64,000 nucleotides of DNA from Podarcis gaigeae (lineage: Eukaryota), in the NCBI GenBank assembly GCA_964106915.2, contig OZ066924.1. One strand, given 5' to 3'. Made by a program: the position numbers and the translations under genes. Position 1 is the stretch's first letter; each line of letters opens with the position of its first letter. Shown here one piece after another: positions 23,153 through 35,718 of this stretch. The notes beneath the pieces were generated by a model, which worked only from the letters and a program-made list of their open reading frames with translations, did no database searches and was not told the origin of the DNA.

Positions 23153-25349
23153 CAGCTCCTGCAGCCAAGCCAGTGCCAAACATATTCCTCAGCTTTCCTT
23201 TGGACCACATCAGGAAGGCCGAGAGGAGGGTCCTATTGTCTGGGCAGCCCATGACTTCCATACAAGCTGCCCAGGCTTGCACCCCGGAGAGATCACTACA
23301 GTGCTGCTAATGTAATGGTTTGACTTCACCCTTGGAGGTGAACTCCATTGCCTCTCAAGACAGACGGATGCCAACAATGCTATTTTCACTAAAACAAAAG
23401 GCCTGTGTTAGCACCTCTCTTTAAGGCATGGGTATGAGGGTTTAAGTAAAGGAGATAAATCAGAAAGCATAAGCCTCTTGAATGGAGAGATTAAAAGCAG
23501 TGATTTATCAGAAATGCATCTACCTTTTTACCATTCTCCATCAAGTAATAAGGTGGGGGGGAATCAAAAGGGGGGAAATTAATTAAAATCTCTTGAGTGG
23601 CGTGTGGTGATCTGCCTTCTGTCGCCTTCCCCATTGCCTGCTCTTCCTGACAACTCAGTGATGCATTTGGCTGCCCTGTCCTATAAATGTAGGAAGGCAC
23701 AGAAGTTGCCTGTCGAGCACCTGACAACTGCCAGTTATTTTTTAAGTGAACTTCTTCTTCTTTTACTTTAAAAAAATAACTTTTAATAAACTTTTAAAGA
23801 AATTGTTTAAGTTTTTTTAAAAAATAATAAACGGTAAAAGGGAAGGCTTCCTTTAAAAACAAAGTCAGTGAGACTGCCAATCGCAAGGAATAAGTAGCCT
23901 CAATCTGCAGTTTTCCCCAAGCTTCAATTAAAGCCCAGGGAAGGACACCATGATTTAACTCCTTAAATTTAATGGAAAGAAGAGCTCACACATCACCCTC
24001 AGCCATCTCACAAAGGCATGGTAAGCTCAATACTTCACCCACTGAAATTATAAAGTGCTCTTCCAATGAATCAGAAAAATTGAAGTCTTTTCTGTGGAGG
24101 AAGCAAACTTTTTTTAAAAAAAGAAATGTTCATTAATTTTTGAAAAGGAGGAAAAAAAACAGTACCAAAACTTTTGATAAATTGGAAGACAGATTTTGGC
24201 ACAGCACTATCTAAAAGTGAAAAGGAACATGTTAGAAAAGTTTTCTGAATGATCTTTTAGTTGTAACCATAATATTCCAATACTCCCAGCAGTAACAAAT
24301 TGCACATTGGAGCATTGTGTCCATCTGATGGTATGAAATTTTCCTGCTGCAGAATTTGGAAGAGCAAGGACATTTCATTACATTTAACTTTAAACGTTTG
24401 ACTTCAAGTTCTGAACTGGTCAGCAATAATATCCATTAGTCGTTGCACATAATTTTGTCTCAAGCAATATCTGCTGCATTAAATGGAAAAGAAAAAAAAA
24501 CTTGAAGAAGATACAATGAAAACTATGAATTAAATAGCTCCTAGCATCCCATTCAAAACCATGTGAACAAAAGAACCTCCAATAAAAAAATTAATTGAAA
24601 AATGAGGTGGGGGTGGGGACAGGAAAAGAAAATGAAAGGGACGGAAATTACTGTGTGTTACTATAAATGGGGACAGATTGTATCACAGGATTATTAGAAT
24701 TTGGAGGAAAACATTATTATTTTCTAAATTGAATTGGATTATTTATTACTGTTCTAAAAAGTATTGAACACAAAGAAGATTTCAGGCAAATATTAGATTA
24801 GACTGGGAAATAATGTATATGAGAGAAGTGGGTCTGAGATAAATCTCTATATAAACATTACAAATATTAAATTCTCCTTCACATGGCTCCAGTCTGATAA
24901 TACATTTTGTATTGTGCTCTCATACCATAAGACTACAGAAGCAAACATGGGTCAGCTCCTACTGCATGAACTGTAGATTCAATATCAGATGTGTAGGAGC
25001 ACATTTCACCTCTCCAGTGCCATGGTATAGAAAAAGTAGTTTCTAGGGGGGAAGCTTTGGTTAGAAGCATCCAAATGGGTAGGAACCATCCACAACTGAG
25101 ATCCATGCATGTAGGAGCCCAGCTCAGATGTTTGCCTGCGTATGTGTAAGCTCAAAGAGGGTATGGATCAGGGGCACATATATAAGGCAGGCCTCCAGTG
25201 TCCCTAGGTGTTCAGGCTCTCGCTCTCTCTCTTTCTCTTTTTTAGAGCTTCATGAGAAGGTATTTGGAGCATCAAGAAAATATGCTTAGAAATCACACAG
25301 AAACAGAAAGCCCAGCAAGATTCACTGCCACCAAATGGAGAAGGAATTA

Positions 25350-25582
25350 CCGTATTTTTCGCTCTATAAGACGCACCCAGTTTTTTGAGGAGGAAAACAA
25401 GAAAAAAAATATTCTGAATCCCAGAAGCCAGAACAGCAAGAGGGATTGCTGCGCAGCAATCCCTCTTGCTATTCTGGCTTCAGCGATAGCTGTGCAGCCT
25501 GCATTTGCTCCATAAGACGCACACACATTTCCCCTTACTTTTTAGGAGGGAAACAGTGTGTCTTATAGAGCGAAAAATACAG
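25350..25582. mobile_element. Tc1/mariner (pogo/Tc2-like) MITE
   Basis: TIR CCGTATTTTTCGCTCTATAAGACGCAC / GTGTGTCTTATAGAGCGAAAAATACAG with TA TSD. Confidence 0.88.
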
Positions 25583-25662
25583 TAATTCCCATCAGACATC
25601 CAACATTTGTTATGTGACTCAGATGTTGAAAAGGACTAGGCATGTGTGAAGATGAGCTATAT

Positions 25663-25983
25663 CATGGGTAGCCAAACTAAGGCCTGGGGGCCAGATCCAG
25701 CCCAATCACCTTCTAAATCTGGCCCACAGACGGTCCAGGAATCAGCGTGTTTTTACATGAGTAGAATGTGTGCTTTTATTTAAAATGCATCTCCGGTTTA
25801 TTTGTGGGGCCTGCCTGGTGTTTTTACATGAGTAGAATGTGTGCTTTTATTTAAAATGCACCTCTGGGTTATTTGTGGGGCATAGGAATTTGTTCATTTC
25901 CCCCCAAAAAATATAGTCCAGCCCTCCACATGGTCTGAGGGACGGTGGACTGGCTCTCTGCTGAAAAAGTTTGCTGACCCCTG
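25663..25983. mobile_element. hAT (Charlie-like) MITE
   Basis: Ends CATGGGTAGCCAAACT / AGTTTGCTGACCCCTG; perfect 8-bp TSD AGCTATAT with central TA; internal ~70-bp tandem duplication. Confidence 0.9.
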
Positions 25984-28900
25984 AGCTATATGATAGATGC
26001 CTTCTCTCTGAGTTTCATGGAAATGGAATTCGGATAAATATATACTCCAAAAGTATCTAAAGGCAACACATTGGCCTGCCTCTGATTTAGTGCTATTTGA
26101 TGCTGTCACAATCTCAGTGATCTATGCTTTTAAAAACTCAAAGGGAAAGAGAGTGTCTTTGCCAGATCATCTGAGGATACTACAGATGATAGGTCTTTGG
26201 AAGGTACCTTGTGAAAGCAGATAGACAGCAGTTCAGATTCACCATTGAACAAAATGATGGTAAATTTTCCCCAGATTCCAGGTGTGCTGGATAATACTCA
26301 GTACCCTGAAAGTGCATCTTCAACTTACTTAATATTCCCTCCTTCCTTACTTGCAATAGCAACTGGGGACTTTCCCGTCACATTCAAAAGGGAAGGGGCT
26401 GTAATTCTACCCCCTCCATGTGCAAGTAGGATATCCTTTGCGCCCACCCTTTCCCCATCTGGCATGCAAGGCAGCGATTAAGAAGAAAAGACACTGGACA
26501 ATTAAATCTCTTAAACAGCTGCTGCATTTCAGGCTGGTGTTTCTATTAAACAAAATGCCTTAGGTCTGTTTCAGTTGTAGAGCAACTGCACAGACCTGAT
26601 AGTATATTTCACTGCAGTTGTGGGGAGGGGAATGGGGGGGAAACGGCCTACGATATAAAAAACAAGGATGCAGGGGAGAATGATGAATTAGCACCAGGAG
26701 GGAGAGGCTTCAGAATATGAAACATGCTTGCTAGTTAATTTCCTTCTCCTCAATTCATGCATCACTCAAACAGACACAGCTGCCTCTCTTTCGTTCAGAA
26801 GTTGACTGTTCCTGAAAAGGTAAACCTCCACACGGCCAAGGGACAGCTGTAGTCGCCATTGTGCCATGAGTAATGTAAAGTTACTTGGAAATGGCACCTC
26901 ATTAATTACAGTGAATTCTAAGTAACTTTCAAACTGCTCCTGAGATTATGCTAAACCTGCTAATGGATGTTTACGAATGTATCCTGAGATGGTGAGATCA
27001 ATTTAGCTGTATAACACATACTAAGACTATAATAGTTAATAAGGTTGTCAACCAATTAAAGGTTTTCTTCTTGAGTAATCATCTGCCTTTTAACCAATTG
27101 ATTAAAGCTTCAGTCCTACAGAAACCTACCTGGTAATAAATCCTGTTCAACTCAGTGAGGTTTCCTTGTGAGTAAACATTTGTAGGATTGTACTATATGT
27201 CTTTCTCTGTGTATGCATAATTGCATGTTTGAGACTACCAGCAGGTCAATATAGGTGCCCTTTTGAGGTGTGATAATGAAGCTAATCTCAAAAAGGGAAA
27301 ATGTGCCTTTCAATTGCTGCCCTGCCAATTAAGAACTCCTTTCACCAATTTTTCAGCTTAAATTTGAGTTAATTAAAACAAATTAAAGCACTAATCTCTC
27401 ATAAGTAAATTAATCTAACATGCAACATTTCATTCCTGCCTCAAGAAATAAAGAAAAGATATGAGTCAACGGCAATATGAGCTAAAACTGGGTCCCCATA
27501 ATGGATCCTGTTCTATTAGGCATCCATGATTTTCATTAAGAAATGGCATTTCACCAATCATCATTTTATTTCATTTCACTTACATGAACATACTGAACAT
27601 GATTTAATTGCAGACATCCCAGTTTCTCAATGGAAGCGTTAAAAAGGAATCTATTTACTTTGTTAGTTACCATTAGTTCTCCTAAATAATATCAGTGATT
27701 GTTAGACTCTAGAGTATTTAACGCATATTATCAACTGCTCAATTGCTTGCTTCTCCAATAAGCCAAATTGCAATACTCAATCAAATGTATGATATGAAGG
27801 CCACACAAACACACCTGCAGGAACTTCCCTGTGCTTTTCTATGACTAATTTAACTCTTGGCATTTCGTGAATATACGAACTTTACTCTCTTAGAAAAAGA
27901 AAGGAAAGGAGGTGCACTTGATTGAATAAAAATATTGCCTCTGTACTAGCTGTCTCCAGTTAGGATTCTTGCTCCATGTTTGCAGTCATGAGATTGTTGT
28001 CTATCACATGACGGTGTATGTTTTCATTCCACAGAGTGGGAATTTGACGGAGACAGGATGTTTTGTGTTACTGTGTTCCGTGAAGTGGGACTATTGTCCT
28101 TTGTTCTTTCTCTCTTTGCTGTCTGATGAGAAAGAGGAAGGAGCTAAGTCAGAATGCTCCGAGTGTATTCTATGTAAATAAAGTAGATTAGCCAAAATGC
28201 TGTGCTACTGAGTTCTGTTACACAAACTGCAAATACTCTGCAGGATTGTAAGTGTGCTGATGCTTTTTGGTACCAGTCACTGTGATGTTCGGGCTGAAGA
28301 AAGCTTTTGAAGCTCCCGAATGACAGACCAGAAGGGAGAAAACTTGCCAGTCGGGCATGTGTCTCTACCAGGGTCCTACACAAGTTTAGGGTGATCCAAA
28401 CAACCTGATGCCCTCCAGACATTTAGGGCTACAATTCCAGTCCTAGTCAGTATGACCAAAAGCATCTGCTTAGGGAAAGGTGCTCTCCCTTTACAGCTTT
28501 GGGTCATGTTTCAGGCCTATGATGTGAGAGCACACAGAGTGGCATTGTTGTGGCTGATCCATAGATATGGACTTTCCTCCACTGGAAGATTTATCACAGT
28601 GTGTTGTGAGTACATAGTATTGAAACTTATAGGACTTCCAAGTAAACGTACTGTATACTTAATCTGGCTACACAACTTTCCTCTTTTAAAAATATAGTTG
28701 GTGTACATTTCTACAGCTGACCTTTGATTTCAGTATTACACTTCATTACTGTTGCGTGAGTCATATTGAACATACAATGAAATACTTGGGATACAAATAC
28801 TGCAGTAATTATTCAGGCTTCTGAATAAATTATGTCATTTAACATCTGCTATTAAGCTATTCCCCACATTTATTGCATCATAACAATGTCATTACAGAGG

Positions 28901-30090
28901 AAAGCTGTGCAGATAAGCAGCATGGCAATAAATGCACAATATGTATCTAAATGTTTGCTCCTCCATAACTCCTTCTGCTTAATTGTGACAGCCAAGGCTC
29001 ACCCTCCTTTTTAAATACAGCAAGTTCTAATCAATTGTCATATATAAGTCACTGTCCAAGCAATTCCAATACTGTACACCAATTAAGCTGTAGGGAGGGA
29101 GGAGTGGAGAGAAAAGAAGCAAGGAATGAGTGATAAAATCAGGTTTTCTTGCTTTATTCGGGGATGCTCAGCTCTGTGTGGAGCCTAATATCAAGGGGAA
29201 TTGAAGGTCCTTCCCTCCCATCTCAAAGCACGTCACTAACCCCCTTCCCCCAAGTTGTATCAGGGCCTCACAAAACCTTCTGTGACTGTTTCTTTACATA
29301 TCAGTGTCATAGCTCTGTGCTTGGCTATATATCCATGTTTCTCTAGGCTCATGGGCTCACTAAGAAGTGAGGCTGTCCGAATCCTTCTTGTGGAGCACTG
29401 AAAAGCTCCAGATAGTGTTTGTTGTTGTTGTTTAATTCAAGCACAGCAATGGAGATTTTTTTAAAAGGTTAAAAGCTTCATATAAGTTAAATAAAAATCG
29501 TATGTGTGGAAGATAGTATTCTCAGAAATAAGTCTGCTTAGGTCAGTGGGATTTGCACCCAAATGTGCATCTGATTGCTTCTGAAGGAGTCAAGGGAATT
29601 TGTACTCCTTAAACGGTCCAAATGTAAACAGCACTTCTTCATTTTCGTTTTCCTTGTAGCCTTAAAAACTTTCAACGAACTGAAGCACGACAGATTGAAT
29701 CACTTAACCTTGTTTTGCTGCTTGTATTTTTCACACATCTGCGCTCAAGAATTGTATGCAAAATATGAACAGCCTTATTAGCCCAGAGAAGAGATGCTGT
29801 TGTAGAGCAATGGAATGAACTCGCTCAGCAAGTAGTTGTTTGAAGAGGCCCCCAGACATGAGTGAGCTTCAAGTTCTATGGTTTGGTTACATGATTCCAG
29901 ATAACCAAGTCATGAAAAAGTGGCATACATCTGTGAGGATTCAAAAGGAATCTATTCAACAGAAAGTACCTCTGATGGTGGAGACAGAACATAGCTATCA
30001 TGACAGTCTTTTCCATCCATGATTTTTTCTAATCCACTTTTAAAGCCATCCAAGTTGGTGGTTTAAAGCCAAGAATTAGGAAGGGTTTCA

Positions 30091-30276
30091 GGGAAGAATC
30101 AAAGTTCAGTAGTAAAGCACTTGTTTTGTGACCAGAAAGCTCTAGATTCCATCTTCTGCACCTCCAGGTAAGACTAGAGAAGTCTTCTGTTTGAACCCTG
30201 CAGACCTGCTACCCATCAGCATGAAGCCTTCTGAGTTAGACAGACCAATTGTATAAGATAGTTTCCTATGCTTCTA
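30091..30276 (+). mobile_element. Decayed tRNA-derived SINE (Squam3-like)
   Basis: Degenerate tRNA head AGTTCAGTAGTAAAGCAC, CTCCAGGTAAGACT, tail GTATAAGATAGTTTCCTATG. Confidence 0.6.
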
Positions 30277-30411
30277 TACATCTTATGGCTAGAAAAAACA
30301 CAATAGACCGAAGTCCAGCAGGAAAATCTGGTTTTTGTGTTTCTTAAGCTGCGTGCAGACATTTTCAGAAACTTGGCAGCCAATCAATAGACTTACAACT
30401 GGTCACAGATA

Positions 30412-30662
30412 CAGTGGTACCTCTGGTTGCGAACGGGATCCGTTCCAGAGCCCCGCTTGCAACCTGAGCAGAACGCAGCCCGCGTCTGCGCATCTGAGTG
30501 GGTCGTGATTCGCTGCTTCTGCGCATGCGCACGTCATTTTGAGTGTCTGCGCATGCGCAAGCGGCGAAACCTGGAAGTAACCCTTACCAGTACTTCCGGG
30601 TCACCGTGGGACACAACCTAAAAAGATTTAACCCAAAGTGTCTTTAACCCAAGGTATGGCTG
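30412..30662. mobile_element. Tigger/pogo-like MITE (GC-rich subfamily)
   Basis: TA|CAGTGGTACCTCTGGTT ... AACCCAAGGTATGGCTG|TA; internal GCGCATGCGC repeats. Confidence 0.85.
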
Positions 30663-31582
30663 TATACATATTCATTTTCTCCCTATTCTACTAAAAATGC
30701 AACTTTTTGTAGCCTGTTGTCTGGCTTGCTCATATTTTCAGCAAAAGTGTCGCCCTAGAATAAATGCTCATAATAGTGAAGCCTCCTTGTAAAGTCATAA
30801 TTTTCTGTGGAAGAAACACTTATTTCTCTTATTTTCAGATTAATTTGTAGTCAAAGGTTATCTAAGTAAACATGAATTGTTCAGTGCATAGCAATGATAG
30901 CCTCTGTGGCCAGCCCTTTCTGAACAGCCTGAAACCTTTGTGCGACTGTTCTATTAATTTCCTGCTGCAGAGCAAGCAGAGGTTAGTACGCAATATTACT
31001 TGCTACACTGTGCAAGTCAGATCTAATCCTTCTCTGGCTTTAATAAGATAACAGAGGGTTGGGATAGAGATCGTCGTACCTTCCTATATTTTAATGGTGT
31101 GTAGATATGACAGGTGTCAGGGAAGGAGATTGACATATAATACTTTCGCACCTTACCACACTATAATCAGTACACCTTGCACAGACAATAACTATTTTCA
31201 CATGAGAAGTCTCACCTTGGTCTTCTGAAAAATCACCAAAGTAAAGTTCTACTAGCCAAGCAAACCACTCTTCTCTGTAAAATCTATAGAATACAGAATT
31301 AATATAGCATTTCCTGAAGGATGCTTAGCTTCTGGTCCTGTGGAGCTTGCTTTGCTGACCATTCTCACCCCTCTGACTACCTTTGATTCCCACTTCAACC
31401 ATCAAGAAAGGGTGATTAGATCCCCACCCTGTTCCCAGTGTAGATCTTTATTCCCCCATTGCTCCTGATGTAGATCTCCACTCACCCTTCTTCCCTGGTG
31501 GGTTTTATTCTGTGGTTTCTCTCAGGTGCCAAAATGTCTTGGGCCTGCGCTGGTGGGAGATACTCAGCACGGCTTCCATATA

Positions 31583-31797
31583 CAGTAGTACCTCAGGTTA
31601 AGTACTTAATTCATTCCGGAGGTCCGTTCTTAACCTGAAACTGTTCTTGACCTGAAGCACCACTTTAGCTAATGGGGCCTCCTGCTGCTGACACACGATT
31701 TCTGTTCTCATCCTGAAGCAAAGTTCTTAACCTGAGGTACTATTTCTGGGTTAGCGGAATCTGTAACCTGAAGCGTATGTTACCTGAGGTACCACTG
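31583..31797. mobile_element. Tigger/pogo-like MITE
   Basis: TA|CAGTAGTACCTCAGGTTA ... TACCTGAGGTACCACTG|TA. Confidence 0.9.
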
Positions 31798-31946
31798 TAC
31801 TACAAAGTGTTTTTTACAAAGTTTCAAGTCTAAATGAGGAGATAGAAAGGTCAGTACAATACGTAAAAGATAGAGGGATAGTCTGAGAATCTGACAGTCC
31901 CTGACTCAGAGAGAGGATTTTTATTTTTGTTTTTGCAAGCTGAGTT

Positions 31947-31968
31947 GCATTCATTCATTCATTCATTC

Positions 31969-32002
<34 letters not shown>
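31947..32002. repeat. Compound microsatellite (ATTC)n(AATC)n
   Basis: Direct reading. Confidence 0.95.
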
Positions 32003-32015
32003 CCTTGATTGCAGC

Positions 32016-32411
32016 CAGCAGCAGAGCATATGCCCGCACTGCGAAGGGCGGGCGCGCTCCTGAGAGGGGCATAGTGCGGAGGATGCCCTCCCAGGCATGG
32101 GATAGCCCCTCAGCTGCCCAGAGCAACGTGCATGCCCTGCAGCTGGGGCAGAATGAGCTGCCCATGGGGGCAGAGCGAGCCACCCATGGCGGACATTTGG
32201 CGCGCCACCCACCCGCATCTCCCAAGCCTCCCCCAAGCTGTCAAAATGAAGGGTGATGGGGGGAATGCCACTGGCAAAGTGGCACAGCTCCCCTCTTAGC
32301 CTGGGTAGTAGGCTTGGGAGTTGCGGGCACATGGCATGCCGAATGTCACCCCCCCCCTCAGTGAGGGCACCTGGGGTGGTCTGCCCCCACCGCTCCCTTC
32401 CTACGCCCCTG
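32016..32411. mobile_element. GC-rich hAT-type non-autonomous element
   Basis: TSD ATTGCAGC/ATTGCAGT; right end CTACGCCCCTG; abrupt GC boundary. Confidence 0.7.
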
Positions 32412-34231
32412 ATTGCAGTCAAAGACCAGACAGTGAGTTGCATCCAAACTTCCAGCGGATCTCATCTCAGAAATCCTGCCTAACAGACAGCTCTTTTGCA
32501 GAAGCATCAGATTCTCTGAATTAATCTCACAACTACCATAGCTCTTCTTCAGCTTTTCCTACTCCAAAGCTTAAATATAATATTTTTAAAATGTGGCTGG
32601 ATTTCTGAAAACCTGTTGTTGAATCATAGCTATCTAACTGAATGAAGCTTCCTGAAAAGATTCTTGGTTTGCAGGGGAAATCTTCCAGGCAGCCACAAAT
32701 AATACTTTCAACATAATCCTGGCAATTCAGCACACATGTTCCTGGGTTGCCTTTGCTCTGAAATGCTCCCTTCCGTTTATTCAGATCTCCTCTCCAGTGT
32801 CCCTTTCCTCTCCCTTCCCCTGAATACATGCAATAACCCTTCTAAGTTGGTCTGCACAACCTCCCAGATTTTTCCTCATCAATTTATTTGCAGACATTAG
32901 TCTTGAGCTCCTCATCGTCTTCTGCTAAGTGGGAGGTTGTTCTGGCCTTCAAAATGTGATATGGATCAGTGCTCTGGATAACCAGCATCTCCCTGTGCTC
33001 CTTCACAGCTGTCTCATTAACTACCACTTCTTCTCCAAATCCTCGCATGTTCTGTATTGTCTTTTCTATATACACAGAAAGCGCTACTGCACAGCTTTGC
33101 TCCACAATGTGAGCAGGATGCACGAGTCCCACCGAGCCTTTTCTACGTCTTCCTCTTCTGTTCTACCCGACCATAAAGGGGAAAGTACAGCAGGATTTGG
33201 TTATATATTCAAGGAACCAGAGAGCCATGCAAAGTTATTTCTTATGAGTAAATGAAAAGAGACCATAACTCTCCAAACATCTGTCTGCTCTACTCCAATC
33301 CTCACCATTTCGGGAGCCAATTTACAGTTGCCTTCTTGTTTAAATTATCTCCCCGCCCCCCCTTCCATGCTGCATAATGATATTGCACAGCACTCCATTT
33401 TCATGCCTCAGCCAGACTATTGTCTATTAAAATGAGGGATGGGGAGACAATAGACTGGTGGATCCTCCTGGTATAGATCCCTCATAAAGATCAATGGCAA
33501 ATGCCTTCTTAAATACTATCAGTTGTATATAAATTAAAAATATTACTTGAAGAAAGACATCTGCAACTTCACTGTTATACAACCCTCTTCCTTTGGAAGC
33601 TTGCGAAAACCATCTCATAGGATATTTTGGGCAGGCATTTGGTGATGGTGGTTAAGCAGATGTGAAATTATTTAACATTGACTATATTTCATACTCTTTG
33701 AAAATAATAATTATTATAATAACTTGTTAGCACATTGAGCCTCTGGGCTAGATAGGGGAATAGGATCAAATACCTATTTGTAAGAATTATTATCATCTCT
33801 GTGTTAGATTTGTGCATTAATTATTTAGCCACTTACTTTCACATGCTACATTTTCATAACTTATCTATTAATCCAAATTAATATCATAAAAGAATTTTTT
33901 AAAAGGGTGTGCCAGGCCAAACACAGCCATAAATCTGATATTGATCAGAGCCGAGAGACATGCAATCAAGCTCTCCTTCCCAGTCGTGGTGGTGGTTTGG
34001 TTACATAATCATGCAATTAAGTCTACAAATCCACATCAAAATGTTTGGAATCTGAATTAATTACCTGCATATGACTCACTGACATTAGAACTATCTTCCC
34101 AATATTTGGCATTGTTGCCAAAAATATAATGGAGAACATTAAATAACTGTTGAAATAAAAAGTATTAAATAGAGGGATGATCTGGAGGAGAATGTGGCTC
34201 TTTTCCAGGTGTACAACTTGTAATTATGATG

Positions 34232-34389
34232 NNNNNNNNNNNNNNNNNNNNNNNNNNNNNNNNNNNNNNNNNNNNNNNNNNNNNNNNNNNNNNNNNNNNN
34301 NNNNNNNNNNNNNNNNNNNNNNNNNNNNNNNNNNNNNNNNNNNNNNNNNNNNNNNNNNNNNNNNNNNNNNNNNNNNNNNNNNNNNNNNN
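34232..34389. other. Assembly gap
   Basis: Run of N. Confidence 1.
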
Positions 34390-34595
34390 GAAACCCTCCC
34401 ACCACCCAGGAGTTGGCAGTTTGGCCAGTTTCTGTTTGCAGGGACCCAAAAGGAATTTGGGCACATAGTGTATGTTCCAATGTCCCACATGCACACTCAA
34501 GTACAACATTGTATTCCCACTTATTCTCCACTTATACAGGAAAAAGTACTAAGAGACCACTGGGCACACTGTTGATTTTATGTGCATTTTTTATT

Positions 34596-34831
34596 TACCT
34601 TGGGTTACAGATGCTTCAGGTTACAAACGCTTCAGGTTACAGACTCTGCTAACCCAGAAATAGTACTTCGGGTTAAGAACTTTGCTTCAGGATGAGAACA
34701 GAAATTGTGTGGCAGTGGCGTGGTGGCAGCAGGAGACCCCATTAGCTAAAGTGGTGCTTCAGGTTAAGAACAATTTCAGGTTAAAAACGGACCTCCAGAA
34801 CGAATTAAGCTCTTAACCCAAGGTATCACTG
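34596..34831. mobile_element. Tigger/pogo-like MITE, inverted relative to the 35477 copy, left TIR clipped
   Basis: Reverse complement of the 31583/35477 family; right end GGTATCACTG|TA. Confidence 0.88.
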
Positions 34832-35476
34832 TACATCACTTTAAACTCCTATTTGTAAGTCACTTACAACTCCCCCTCTTATTGTGATCATTTACTATGT
34901 CTTGATTTGTTGAGGCAACAGCCTGTACTGTTGCCTTTTTAGACTTACTGAGTAGTGATGGAATGCATTTATGTTGTGGTGTGATGAGATAGGCTTGTTG
35001 TAAAGCATGGATGTGTTTTAACATTTGTGTGGGATGGCTACAAGTTTGGCACAAGTCTTGGTGTATTGTACCAAACATCTACTATTTTCAGAGCAGAAGC
35101 TGTTTTAGTCTGTCTTGTGGAATCTTAAAAACTAAAGGTTCTTCCAGACAGGCTGTTGAGTCACACACTACCTTTGATTCTTATACTACATTTTTTTCTT
35201 TTTTAAAAAAAGCTTAGATGCTTTCATATTGTCATGTGGTTTGGATATCATGGCGTTGTCTCATCATTGCTGGGGGAGGGGGGAGGGAGGTGGTGCCTTT
35301 ATAATGAAAAACTGGAAACAAACAGAGAGGAGAACGACACATTCCATTAGACATGTTTACATACATAATTATCTTGATCAATCCAATAGAAATTATGTTA
35401 ATATAAGAACATGCAAAAAATGCACATATAAAAAAGGTAAAATTTGTGAAAAGAGGTTGTGGGGGGGGAACTATTA

Positions 35477-35718
35477 CAGTGGTACCTCGGGTTAAGAACT
35501 TAATTCATTCTGGAGGTCCGTTCTTAACCTGAAACTGTTCTTAACCTGAGGTACCACTTTAGCTAATGGGGCCTCCCGCTGCTGCCGCGCCATCATCATG
35601 CGGTCTCTGTTGTCATCCTGAAGCAAAGTTCTTAACCTGAAGCACTATTTCTGGGTTAGCGGAGTCTGTAACCTGGAGCGTATGTAACCTGAAGCATATG
35701 TAACCCAAGGTACCACTG
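35477..35718. mobile_element. Tigger/pogo-like MITE
   Basis: TA|CAGTGGTACCTCGGGTTA ... TAACCCAAGGTACCACTG|TA. Confidence 0.9.

Larger units (their letters stand above)
21395..23376 (+). mobile_element. Non-autonomous RTE-type retroposon (about 730 bp net) split by two nested insertions
   Basis: TSD ATGCTATT (21387-21394, 23377-23384); RTE-like 5' UTR motif CTAGGAGAAGGAAAACTCTGA; 3' end TCCATTGCCTCTCAAGACAGACGGATGCCAACA; no ORF. Confidence 0.65.

Noticed and set aside
34139-34575. ORFs containing X runs (also 52704-53170)
   Set aside because: Artefacts of N gaps
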